This document shows positions 35,599 to 44,066 of a DNA stretch of 64,000 nt, one piece after another. The position numbers and the translations under genes are program-made. This stretch comes from a virus (taxonomy: Duplodnaviria; Caudoviricetes), in the IMG/VR virus record IMGVR_UViG_2765235885_000002, positions 1,689 through 65,688 of that record. One strand, given 5' to 3'. Below the pieces are notes generated by a model. The model saw nothing but the letters and a program-made list of their open reading frames with translations. It was not told where the DNA came from and did not search any database. Position 1 is the stretch's first letter. Each line of letters starts with the position of its first letter.

Positions 35599-35842
35599 CG
35601 GGTCCCCAATCCCCTACGTTGCGCCGGCGGACAGGATCAGTCGGCGTGGGTAGGTGGTAGCCGGTGGATGGTTTGTAGCGGGCGGCGCGTTCCGCCTCCA
35701 ACTTCTCGGCCAGTTCCTTCGCTTCGGCTGCGAGTTTCGCCAGATGCGACCGTTCCATCCGAGACAGTCCCCGGCCGTCCTTCACCGCACGCTGCCGGAT
35801 CCGCACTTCCTCCATGTGGATCTCGTACGCCCGATCACTCAT
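35591..35842 (-). CDS. Hypothetical protein
   Basis: Coupled ORF. Confidence 0.6.
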   Translation of the reverse strand: MSDRAYEIHMEEVRIRQRAVKDGRGLSRMERSHLAKLAAEAKELAEKLEAERAARYKPSTGYHLPTPTDPVRRRNVGDWGPDA

Positions 35843-36024
35843 GATCCCTCCAACATTCGACGCTCAGGACTACCCACCGGATAGCCGCGTGCCCGCTCCG
35901 CATCCCGCCGGGCCCGAAGACGGGCAGGCATCGACAACCACCACGCCTTGTTCAACTCCACATCCGTCACAGCAATACGCTCACCGTGAAGGCCGCGGCA
36001 CTCGACCAACTGTTCGCCGGTCAT
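35839..36024 (-). CDS. Hypothetical protein
   Basis: ATGA coupling both ends. Confidence 0.55.
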   Translation of the reverse strand: MTGEQLVECRGLHGERIAVTDVELNKAWWLSMPARLRARRDAERARGYPVGSPERRMLEGS

Positions 36025-36206
36025 GGGATCACCTCGCCCACAGCGGTTCGGTGCCAACCTTCGTGGTGGTCTCGATGCTCTTCGATGACCATTGCGACAC
36101 AGCGAGGGCACATCCACAGCACCAACGGCGGCAATTTCATGCCGTGGTCGTCAACACCACCCACGATCGACAGTCGGCGACCCCACGGCAGTTCGAGTTC
36201 ACTCAT
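36021..36206 (-). CDS. Small protein with CPxC...HHxxWH zinc finger
   Basis: GAGGAG RBS; motif visible. Confidence 0.6.
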   Translation of the reverse strand: MSELELPWGRRLSIVGGVDDHGMKLPPLVLWMCPRCVAMVIEEHRDHHEGWHRTAVGEVIP

Positions 36207-36465
36207 GTGGCTTCTCCTCAGCCGCAGCGCGGACCTGCCGACGTGCTTCCTTCCATCGCTCGGTGCGCGCGAAATAGTCAGGTAGCTCATTTAGTCGGGC
36301 AGCGGCATCGCCTACATCAGGGTCGGTTCGCTCCAACTCACGTAGTTCACTGTCGAGATCGACGTGGCCACACTGATCACATCGCCAACGATTCGGCATC
36401 CGCCCAAGGTCGCGGATCGGTCCTTCATCACCGCTATAGCTCAGGTGCGTGCATTCAGCGGTCAT
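36199..36465 (-). CDS. Hypothetical protein
   Basis: Coupled ORF. Confidence 0.6.
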   Translation of the reverse strand: MTAECTHLSYSGDEGPIRDLGRMPNRWRCDQCGHVDLDSELRELERTDPDVGDAAARLNELPDYFARTERWKEARRQVRAAAEEKPHE

Positions 36466-36755
36466 GCCTTCTCCCCCTCAGCGGCAGCAGCGGGGCCGGT
36501 CGCACGCAACACGGCTTCGGCGAAGCGGTCGAACTTCGCCCACGTCTCATTGCCGCCTGGCGCGCGCTCTCCGTTGATTCGCAGATGTAGCGCGTACTCG
36601 GCCACCGTGCGCACCGACTTCACGTCAGCAGTGGGCACGATGCTGTAGCCGGCGTCCGTCAGCTTCGACACCACTTGCGCAGCGATAGCGTCGGCGTTGA
36701 TGATCTCGCCCCTGATGCTGTCCGCGATGACGTTTACGGCATCTGTTGCACTCAT
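36462..36755 (-). CDS. Hypothetical protein
   Basis: Coupled ORF. Confidence 0.6.
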   Translation of the reverse strand: MSATDAVNVIADSIRGEIINADAIAAQVVSKLTDAGYSIVPTADVKSVRTVAEYALHLRINGERAPGGNETWAKFDRFAEAVLRATGPAAAAEGEKA

Positions 36756-37084
36756 TCGGCACCTCTCTCAACGGCGGTTGCAAGTTCCCTCTGAATGGTT
36801 CGACGACGCTTGTTCCAGAACAGGTGCGGTCGAGATGTCCATATACGTTGGTTCCCGTCGCGGACTTGGCTCCACACGAGTAACCCGCGCTTGTCGCGTC
36901 CAACGAATCGCCAACGTTCCTTCGCTTTCCCGTCCGTCGTTCCGAGAGGTGTTGGGTTGCTTCGGTGGTCACTGCATAGCGAGCCGTACAAGGTGCCTGT
37001 GCCACAGACAATGCAGTGGTTACACCACTCGTCGCAGTAGTCGTCGTGCTTGGGTTCCGCTGGTGTGGGGTTCGGTGTGCTCAT
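36752..37084 (-). CDS. Hypothetical Cys-rich protein
   Basis: Coupled ORF. Confidence 0.55.
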   Translation of the reverse strand: MSTPNPTPAEPKHDDYCDEWCNHCIVCGTGTLYGSLCSDHRSNPTPLGTTDGKAKERWRFVGRDKRGLLVWSQVRDGNQRIWTSRPHLFWNKRRRTIQRELATAVERGAE

Positions 37085-37272
37085 CCGAGTGCCCTTGCGA
37101 GTTTCGTCATGGCGTGCATTTCTTCGCGGTCGGTGATAACGATGTCGAACTCGGAGTCACGGGATTCGGGGAAGTAGTCGGTCACCTTCAACGCTTGCGC
37201 CAGTGTCGCAACGCGAATGATGCGGCCGTCTTGTGACGCCCAATCCGGTAGGTCCAGCTTCACTGCGCTCAC
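37081..37272 (-). CDS. Hypothetical protein
   Basis: GTGA coupling. Confidence 0.55.
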   Translation of the reverse strand: MSAVKLDLPDWASQDGRIIRVATLAQALKVTDYFPESRDSEFDIVITDREEMHAMTKLARALG

Positions 37273-37454
37273 AACACCACCCCCGAAGCGGGCAGCAACA
37301 CAGACTCGTTCACGGCGAGCCGCAACCCGCACGACTCCTGCACTTCGTACCTGCCCGAACCGGCCGGGTTCTCAGCGAGGACGGTTGCTGCGAACGGCTG
37401 ATCTTCGTCCGGGAAGTCAACGAGAACTTGATCCCCTCGGCGGTAAGTGCTCAT
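37269..37454 (-). CDS. Small SH3-like beta-barrel hypothetical protein
   Basis: CAGGAG RBS; YRRGDQVLV...ATV...RYEV pattern. Confidence 0.6.
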   Translation of the reverse strand: MSTYRRGDQVLVDFPDEDQPFAATVLAENPAGSGRYEVQESCGLRLAVNESVLLPASGVVL

Positions 37455-37591
37455 GGTGTCTCCTGTGGGTCATCGCCGGTGTGCTCGGTTTCGTTCTCGA
37501 CAAGCAACCGTTGGTAATGCTCGAGCACGGACCCACCTTTCAGGCGCGCGTCGAACGATGCTTGGGTCCAGCACTTCTCACATGCGGCCAT
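37451..37591 (-). CDS. Micro-protein (46 aa), not in ORF track
   Basis: CAGGAG RBS; MAACEKCW...DPQETP; flanked by 18-bp direct repeat. Confidence 0.6.
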   Translation of the reverse strand: MAACEKCWTQASFDARLKGGSVLEHYQRLLVENETEHTGDDPQETP

Positions 37592-37610
37592 CTGGTGTCT
37601 CCTGTGGGTC
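37454..37610. repeat. Perfect 18-bp direct repeat flanking a micro-gene
   Basis: TGGTGTCTCCTGTGGGTC at 37454-37471 and 37593-37610. Confidence 0.9.
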
Positions 37611-37955
37611 GAGGGCAGCGCGGAGGCGGTCGACCGGGACGACCTGCTCGCCTTTCCAGTCGTCAGCCCATGGGTCTTGTAGGTGCGGCGCGGACTCCAT
37701 CAGCTTCCGTACTCGTGCGATGGTGTTGTCCCGTTCCCGCACCGCAGCCAACAGCGCCGGGATGTCCTCGCGGGCATGAGCGATGAACTCGGTGTTGAAC
37801 GGCGGGCCGTCGGGCGACGAGTGTGTGGTTGCAACCAACGTGAGCCCGTCGTCGTTGCCCAGAACTTCCTGTGGGTACATCCCCTTCGCGAGCCACGGTC
37901 CCGCACTGGCTGCGTTGGCTCTGGCTTCGATCTCCGCGAACTCCCCGCCGCTCAT
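37578..37955 (-). CDS. Ead/Ea22-like domain protein
   Basis: AASAGPW...FIAHAREDIPALL. Confidence 0.65.
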   Translation of the reverse strand: MSGGEFAEIEARANAASAGPWLAKGMYPQEVLGNDDGLTLVATTHSSPDGPPFNTEFIAHAREDIPALLAAVRERDNTIARVRKLMESAPHLQDPWADDWKGEQVVPVDRLRAALDPQETPDGRM

Positions 37956-38146
37956 GCTCGGCCTCCCGCAGTGCGAGCAGCAGCGTCGTGGCAGTCGCAT
38001 TGGCACATGTACGTGTCGTAGCCGCCACTGAATCCGGTGCAGAAGTACCCGTTGCCTGGGCCGCACGAGACACCGCAAGAGCAGTTGGTTCCGTGGAGTC
38101 GCCCCGTTGATGTGCGGTATGAGCCAGCGGTCAGGATGTCTCTCAT
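37952..38146 (-). CDS. Small Cys-rich protein
   Basis: ATGA coupling; CQCDCH. Confidence 0.55.
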   Translation of the reverse strand: MRDILTAGSYRTSTGRLHGTNCSCGVSCGPGNGYFCTGFSGGYDTYMCQCDCHDAAARTAGGRA

Positions 38147-38505
38147 TGGTCCGCTTCCTGCCATTCAGGTACGTCGCGGTATGCGATGAAGACATCGACT
38201 GTCGGATCGTCGCGCTTCCACTCATCACGGGTTTCTTCGGCCCACGCACGTTTCCGGTAATCGACTCCGACCGCGACGACCGTGCCGAAGGTGTCTCGGT
38301 AAGCGGCTGAGTATCGCCGCGTGGTGCCTTCGTTGGGCACGATCTCGATGTTGGGGAGGGCAGCAACCACAGACGCCACATGCAGATCGTGCGTCTTCTC
38401 CGGGCCTTCCTTGCCGCAGGAGCACTCCCAATCGCCACTATGGTTTGTGCCGCCGCGGTGCTGTCCGAGTGCTTCGGCCAACACCCCCACCACACCCGCG
38501 GTCAC
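38143..38505 (-). CDS. Hypothetical protein; C-terminal half paralogous to 44814-44999
   Basis: 43/60 aa identity by manual alignment. Confidence 0.7.
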   Translation of the reverse strand: MTAGVVGVLAEALGQHRGGTNHSGDWECSCGKEGPEKTHDLHVASVVAALPNIEIVPNEGTTRRYSAAYRDTFGTVVAVGVDYRKRAWAEETRDEWKRDDPTVDVFIAYRDVPEWQEADQ

Positions 38506-38891
38506 TTGACATCCACATCAGGGATCAAGGTCGACGGGTTCACGACAACGCGGTACTGATCGACACTCACTGTCGCAGGGTCGAGCTGGTCGACCTTGTA
38601 GGTGGTGACCGCATTCAGACCGACGAAGTTCTTAACGATGCCCATCGGTGACTGGCACGTGACTTCCAGCTGAGCGGGTTCTGCTTCGATATTGCAGCGG
38701 CCGGTAATGACTTGGAGAAAGTCGCCGGTGATGTTGTTGATTGTTGTGATTTCCCGGGCGATCTCAAAGTTGGCGGCGGCGGTCGAGATATTCTCCGAGG
38801 CGACGTCGGCGGTGTTCTGACTGCCGCAGCCAGCGAGTCCGACGGTTGCGACAGCTGCTGCGGTGGCGATCACGATCTTCTTGATGGTCAT
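38502..38891 (-). CDS. Lipoprotein
   Basis: Signal peptide with LAGC lipobox. Confidence 0.85.
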   Translation of the reverse strand: MTIKKIVIATAAAVATVGLAGCGSQNTADVASENISTAAANFEIAREITTINNITGDFLQVITGRCNIEAEPAQLEVTCQSPMGIVKNFVGLNAVTTYKVDQLDPATVSVDQYRVVVNPSTLIPDVDVK

Positions 38892-39682
38892 GCTTCTCCT
38901 CGTAGTGCTGCACGTTTGGCAGCGCGCTTCGCTTTCGCACGCTCGTTTCTTTCAGACGCCTGCACACGGATGCATTTGCCGCACCGCCTTGTCCCTTTAT
39001 TTCCAATGAACACCGTGTTCTCGTCGGTGTACTCATGTCCGTTTACGCAATGCGTTTTCGTTTGCTCTATGGCGTTTCCATGCCGCCGCATGTCTTCCAT
39101 GTTTTCTACTTGGGTGCCGTACTGCAGATTTCCGGGCGTATTGTTCAAGCTGTTTCCGTCGAGATGTCGAACAACCATCCCCGCCGGTCGAGGGCCATGA
39201 AACGCCTCCGCGACCATAGAGTGGACGGTGCGATCTGTACGCTTCCTGTTGCGGTAAAGGTGCGCCCTTTCGTAGCAGACACCGTCCTTCATCGGGGCCG
39301 TCGTCTTCAGGATTCGACCTCGAATCGTGGCGTCAGCGCCCATGCGATGCACAGTGCGCGTCTCTGATCGAATTCTGCCCAAATCGCTGACCTCATACAG
39401 ACCTTCGTAACCGGGAACCGGTTTCCATTTCTCGCCGGGCAGGTCCTCCACGACTGGTGTCGGTTTCCGACTCAGCTGCCAGTGACGGCTACACAAACCC
39501 TTGGCAAGGGTCTTCTGATTGCAACTGTCGACCGAGCACACTGGATTGGGTGAATGTCGCGGGCGTAGCGTCTTCTCTGGGTCGCCGTAGCGCGCCCACC
39601 TCTTCCAGTGCATATCGCACCAACCATGGGTGGACGCGCCCCTGCGATCACAGCCAGCCACAGAGCATTGGATATGATTCAT
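38888..39682 (-). CDS. NUMOD4-HNH homing endonuclease
   Basis: EKWKPVPGYEGLYEVSDLGRIRS (NUMOD4), VHSMVAEAF..VVRHLDG...NN..NLQYGT..EN (HNH), KTHCVNGH. Confidence 0.92.
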   Translation of the reverse strand: MNHIQCSVAGCDRRGASTHGWCDMHWKRWARYGDPEKTLRPRHSPNPVCSVDSCNQKTLAKGLCSRHWQLSRKPTPVVEDLPGEKWKPVPGYEGLYEVSDLGRIRSETRTVHRMGADATIRGRILKTTAPMKDGVCYERAHLYRNRKRTDRTVHSMVAEAFHGPRPAGMVVRHLDGNSLNNTPGNLQYGTQVENMEDMRRHGNAIEQTKTHCVNGHEYTDENTVFIGNKGTRRCGKCIRVQASERNERAKAKRAAKRAALRGEA

Positions 39683-39792
39683 AACAGCCTCTCTTCTCGG
39701 TGTATCGAGAGATGGGGTTAGCGCCAGGACGGTTCTTGCCGGAACCTTCTGGCGCGCTTCATATTCTAACACTCTAATCACCATTAGCGGCG

Positions 39793-40716
39793 CTAACCAG
39801 CCTGCAAAATCATTCGTGCCCAATCGGATTCGCGGACGACAGCTCGGCACGTCGAACTTCTGCACTGAACCAATAGTGGAGGTGCATAGTTCAAACGTTG
39901 GACAGTCGCCAACACGGGAGACCCATCCGCGTACCGTTTCGTCCGCTTCACCAGCCTCGACGACCGCGACACCGACCCGCCCGGGTTGATCACACGGTCA
40001 TAGACATTCACCGTCTCGGTGACCTCGACAGGCTTCCCGTTCCGCAGCAATGGTTCCGTCGAGTACTTCGGTGCGAATGCCGGCGTGAATACAACCAGGG
40101 TGGTGTGACCGCAGTCGGGGCATTCAATGCCCTTCGCTGGCTTCGGGCGTTCCTCGTACGGCCACCGCGCAAGATTCGTCGCCCGCTGATCGCACAGTTC
40201 CGACGTGAAATCCTCGACCCACTCGTGGGTGGCGATGACATCGATGCGCTCGAGCATCCACCTTGCTACCGAATCGACGGTGGCGATACCGTCCGAACGC
40301 ATCCCCTGCACCCGTAACGCACCATCCGTCGAGTCCGCCGACGCCAACACCTTCCACGTGTTCGACATGTCCGGTGCCGGCTGGCCAATCGACTCCGCTG
40401 TGTACTCGGCCCACGAACACAGCAGCCCGAGGGTTTCGTCGGCGGCGTCGACGGCGGCCGCGGAGATCGGCAACTTCGACGATGCTTTCATCGGCGCGGT
40501 CTTCTCGAAATCACCCTTCACAGGTTCGAGTTGCTCCCGCATCCAAGCGACAGCTTTCGGTGTCGTCGCGACGATCTCCCGCAGTCTGGCGAGGTGGCCG
40601 TGGCACAGGTAGCTGGTGCCATCGTTCGCGCCCCTGCGTGGCTCCGAGTGATCCCACACCACATTGCCGTTATCGAGCATGTGGCGGTGCGGCAGCAAGC
40701 ATTTCCGGTCAGACAT
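39793..40716 (-). CDS. Zn-finger-containing phage protein
   Basis: LC..H..RL, CPDCG...C....C motifs. Confidence 0.65.
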   Translation of the reverse strand: MSDRKCLLPHRHMLDNGNVVWDHSEPRRGANDGTSYLCHGHLARLREIVATTPKAVAWMREQLEPVKGDFEKTAPMKASSKLPISAAAVDAADETLGLLCSWAEYTAESIGQPAPDMSNTWKVLASADSTDGALRVQGMRSDGIATVDSVARWMLERIDVIATHEWVEDFTSELCDQRATNLARWPYEERPKPAKGIECPDCGHTTLVVFTPAFAPKYSTEPLLRNGKPVEVTETVNVYDRVINPGGSVSRSSRLVKRTKRYADGSPVLATVQRLNYAPPLLVQCRSSTCRAVVRESDWARMILQAG

Positions 40717-41098
40717 TGATGTCCCCCTCAAAACTCTCCGGTGGGTCGGGGTACATGCCGAGTGGGTGCCGATTACCTGTCGGGTACTTGGCGTTCGCGT
40801 CGCTCATGCGCTGGATCTGATAGTCGATCCGCAGACCCGTTTCGGTGACGTATCGGTCTGTGATCGCACGCTGGATCAGGTGCCGGAGCGCGTCGCGATG
40901 ATTGCCCGGTCCGAACAGTTCGTCGTAGCGGTCGTCGAACAGGATGGTGCGGATGTCGACGTCGCGGTAGTCCGGCTTCGTCAGGCACGACCCCACCAAA
41001 TACGGATGCCCGTCGAACATCTGCGTCACTGCGATCGATGCGAGGTCCAACGCGTCGAGGTCCGGTGCGTCGATATAGCACCACGGGTTTGCACTCAT
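40709..41098 (-). CDS. Minimal Pol-beta-family nucleotidyltransferase
   Basis: YLVGSCL..PDYRDVDIR (GS...DxD) plus later IDYQ aspartate. Confidence 0.75.
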   Translation of the reverse strand: MSANPWCYIDAPDLDALDLASIAVTQMFDGHPYLVGSCLTKPDYRDVDIRTILFDDRYDELFGPGNHRDALRHLIQRAITDRYVTETGLRIDYQIQRMSDANAKYPTGNRHPLGMYPDPPESFEGDINV

Positions 41099-41277
41099 CG
41101 TTCCTCCTGGGTGACCAACGTGACGATGTGATCGCTGTGCGTCGTCCGGGCCGGCTTACAGCCGTAGCCGTTGCTGTTCCGCCATCCGTTGGCCCAGTCC
41201 AGCGTCAGCATCTCGCCGCAGCCAGGACATTTCAGCTTGTCTCCCACCTCGGGATTGATCACGACGTCGTCGCTCAC
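41095..41277 (-). CDS. Small Zn-ribbon protein
   Basis: CPGCG; GTGA coupling. Confidence 0.55.
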   Translation of the reverse strand: MSDDVVINPEVGDKLKCPGCGEMLTLDWANGWRNSNGYGCKPARTTHSDHIVTLVTQEER

Positions 41278-42071
41278 CTTCCCCACCCCCGATTCAGTTC
41301 TGCTGCGGCCCAATCGGTCCACGTGACGTTGGTGCCGGGCACATGCTCGACGGCGTAGGCGGTGTGCTGTGTGCGGGGCGGATTGCCGTAGGGCACGAGA
41401 TACCCGAGCAATCCGGCGGCGGCCGCGGTGTACGAACCGCTACGGAGTCGTGCGAGCCAGTCCGTCGACCGCAGCCCGTCGAGCCTCTTGAACGGATCAG
41501 ACTCATTCAGCTCGAGCGCTGCGTACGGGGACACTCCCGCAGCGATACGTCGGGCCGGACTGAATCGATCGGCGCAGCAGATGATGTCCCGTGGATTCGC
41601 GAGCTCGTAGACGACAGTGTTCGCCGGCCACTTCCCGTGCGACGAATGCAGACCGAAGCCCGGTGCGGGCACGATCGAATCACCCGCAGCGCGAGCTGGA
41701 TTGGCGATGTTCACCACGAACGCGATGTCGAGCTTCGACCCGTTCTTGTTCAGCCACTCTCCCCGCTCGACCCGCTCGAGGAATCGGGACGCGACGATGC
41801 CGCCGAGACTGTACGAGATGATGCCGGCGCGGTTCGGTGATTTGAGGACCTGCCTGGCGAGGTCCTGGACGCCGATCTCGACGCACTGGTCCATGGGAAC
41901 CCCTCGACCGTCCGATGCACCGATACGACCAATAGTCGCCGGGTAGTTCACATCGAACAGTCGGAACCTCTCAGGGTTCAGCTTGCGGGTGACGAGCCCG
42001 CACATGTCGTTCCGGGGGCCGGGCGCGTTGCCGGTGCCGCGGGCGACGTACGTGTCGATGACGACGCTCAT
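41274..42071 (-). CDS. Cutinase/PE-PPE-like serine esterase (lysin B-like)
   Basis: RGTG, VNYPA, SYSLG nucleophile, NP.R, DIIC, terminal H.AY. Confidence 0.8.
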   Translation of the reverse strand: MSVVIDTYVARGTGNAPGPRNDMCGLVTRKLNPERFRLFDVNYPATIGRIGASDGRGVPMDQCVEIGVQDLARQVLKSPNRAGIISYSLGGIVASRFLERVERGEWLNKNGSKLDIAFVVNIANPARAAGDSIVPAPGFGLHSSHGKWPANTVVYELANPRDIICCADRFSPARRIAAGVSPYAALELNESDPFKRLDGLRSTDWLARLRSGSYTAAAAGLLGYLVPYGNPPRTQHTAYAVEHVPGTNVTWTDWAAAELNRGWGR

Positions 42072-42268
42072 GACATCGCCAATGCTGCCAGGACTTCCCC
42101 ACGTAACGCGAAGTCTGCGAGTGGTATTCGGAACGGGTGCGGCGTGCACAATTCCCGTGCTCGTTCGATCGCTGCGAGAGCCTCAGCCAGTTGACGTTTC
42201 AGCCCGTCGATCTCATGCACCGTCGTGACGATGGTGCGTTCGCATCGCTGCTCGTGTTCGATGCTCAT
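42068..42268 (-). CDS. Small coiled-coil protein
   Basis: ATGA coupling. Confidence 0.55.
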   Translation of the reverse strand: MSIEHEQRCERTIVTTVHEIDGLKRQLAEALAAIERARELCTPHPFRIPLADFALRGEVLAALAMS

Positions 42269-42519
42269 GCTGGTCGCTCCACAATCGATGCTAGGGCTTT
42301 GATCTTGTTCTCGCGGTGGTCGCTCCACCGGTCCACACCGTCGGGCAGTTCGACTTCCACGACGGGTGTCGACTGGAAGCCGAGGGTTTTGAGGTGTTCG
42401 GCGGCCGTCGCGTCTTCGGAGACGTCGATGTCGGTGAACGGGACGTTCGCTTTCGTGAGTGCACGTTTGGTGGCGCGGCACGGCATGCAGTTCGGTGATG
42501 AGTAGACGGTGACCTTCAT
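42265..42519 (-). CDS. nrdH: NrdH-like glutaredoxin
   Basis: VTVYSSPNCMPC.ATK..L, G..STPVV, WS..R..KI. Confidence 0.92.
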   Translation of the reverse strand: MKVTVYSSPNCMPCRATKRALTKANVPFTDIDVSEDATAAEHLKTLGFQSTPVVEVELPDGVDRWSDHRENKIKALASIVERPA

Positions 42520-42917
42520 TCGGGTAGCTCCCTCGGGGAATCGAGAATGGTGATTTCGAGCCACATTCCGGGCTTCCCGGACTTGTGGAGTACTACTTCG
42601 GGTTTCGACATCAGCTCTGGAATGTCGTCGGCGACGAGGCCGTGGTCCTGAGCCAATGAGTCGTAAATCGGCTTTGCGGTTGCTGCAACATTGTCCGAGT
42701 CGCGGCGGCCCCTGTCTGCGGGCCGGTAGTGGACTTCGACGACCGCGTGCGGGACACCCGTCGGTAGCTTCGCGGCTTTCGCGAGCCACGCCACCGTCTG
42801 CCGGATCTCCTTGATGGTCCTGGCCTTCGCGTACATTGCCCCTTCGCTTGCACCAGAATCGTTAAGAGACAGTGGTGGCCGCAAATACGGGAGCTTCACC
42901 ACCAGCGGCCCGGTCAT
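42516..42917 (-). CDS. rusA: RusA-like Holliday junction resolvase
   Basis: RDSDNV...K..YDSL......DD motif. Confidence 0.8.
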   Translation of the reverse strand: MTGPLVVKLPYLRPPLSLNDSGASEGAMYAKARTIKEIRQTVAWLAKAAKLPTGVPHAVVEVHYRPADRGRRDSDNVAATAKPIYDSLAQDHGLVADDIPELMSKPEVVLHKSGKPGMWLEITILDSPRELPE

Positions 42918-43207
42918 CTCGCCACCCGCCCAGCAACGATCGAGATGGTGTGCAGGTACGCCTCGCCACGCTGGTCGTACGTCTTCGTGCTGACTGAGAC
43001 GATGGTGTTCCGATCCCATTTCGCGGTCTGCCCCATGATCTCGTCGAGGTCCGCGAGGGTGATGTGGTCCCGCGCTTCGAGTTTCAGTTCGGTGGTGAGC
43101 TTCGCGCGCCGGGCTTCCCGTTCCCGCTTCTCACGCGCTTTCTCCATGGACGCCATCTGCTCGGTCTCCATGTGCTGCTGACGTGGCTGCTGATTCCACA
43201 TGGTCAT
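42914..43207 (-). CDS. Hypothetical protein
   Basis: ATGA coupling. Confidence 0.6.
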   Translation of the reverse strand: MTMWNQQPRQQHMETEQMASMEKAREKREREARRAKLTTELKLEARDHITLADLDEIMGQTAKWDRNTIVSVSTKTYDQRGEAYLHTISIVAGRVAR

Positions 43208-43416
43208 CGCTTCACGACCGCGGTGACGAACGCGACGACGGCGATGAACACGATCACGATCAGGAACAGTGCGAACGCACCCCACAATGGCGCGGTCACC
43301 GCCCACCACGACCACATGATGACCCCCGTCAACTTCAAGACGAGGAACACCAGGAACAGTGCCCCGGTGAAGCCGATACCGGTTGAGCGTGAACTGGACT
43401 GAGATGTAGTGCTCAT
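43204..43416 (-). CDS. Two-TM membrane protein
   Basis: GIGF.GALFLVFLVLKLTGVI.WSWW.VTAPLW. Confidence 0.8.
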   Translation of the reverse strand: MSTTSQSSSRSTGIGFTGALFLVFLVLKLTGVIMWSWWAVTAPLWGAFALFLIVIVFIAVVAFVTAVVKR

Positions 43417-44066
43417 GAGTTCTCCTTGGACGCGCGGATTTCCGCGAAGATTCGATCGAGGTGGGGTTTCATTTCGGCGGGGATACGGCCCCCGTTGGGG
43501 ATGGTTTGCAGCATGCGGGTGGCGTCGTTCGGTTCCTGCCGCCACCCGCGGGACTTGGTACAGAGCAGGCAGGTTCCGTAGTCGCGGCCCTGCTCGAACA
43601 TCGGCACTTCGCAGATGCATCGGGCGTGAGCGAGGGCAACCGTCGAGCACGACATGTGGAACAGTCCGCGTTCGCCGCGCCACAGCGACTGCTTGGGGCC
43701 GTCCCACTGGTGGGAGCAGTTCACGACGTCACGCTTGGTCGAGCGGCCGCCGCACCATTCGCAACGGGTCAGCAGACGTCGACGCCAGCGCTGAATGAAG
43801 CACCATTGGATCTCCCAATGGTGGACGTGCCACTGCCACCGAGTGCCCCTGCATTCGCCACGGAGTGCGTCTTCCCCGTGGGGTTCGACATGCCAGACCG
43901 TGATCAAGTCCGGGAAGTAGTACTCGCGTCCTGCGAGGGTGACGAACGGGCTGACGTGGTTGCGACTGATCTGGATCTTCCACCGCGGTGTACGTCCTGC
44001 TCCCCGGCTTGATTTCTCGGGGTATGGCCGGCGGATGTTGAATGCGACGACTTTCGGGTCATGCAT
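43413..44066 (-). CDS. Trp/Cys-rich hypothetical protein
   Basis: CAGGAG RBS before ATG 44066. Confidence 0.7.
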   Translation of the reverse strand: MHDPKVVAFNIRRPYPEKSSRGAGRTPRWKIQISRNHVSPFVTLAGREYYFPDLITVWHVEPHGEDALRGECRGTRWQWHVHHWEIQWCFIQRWRRRLLTRCEWCGGRSTKRDVVNCSHQWDGPKQSLWRGERGLFHMSCSTVALAHARCICEVPMFEQGRDYGTCLLCTKSRGWRQEPNDATRMLQTIPNGGRIPAEMKPHLDRIFAEIRASKENS

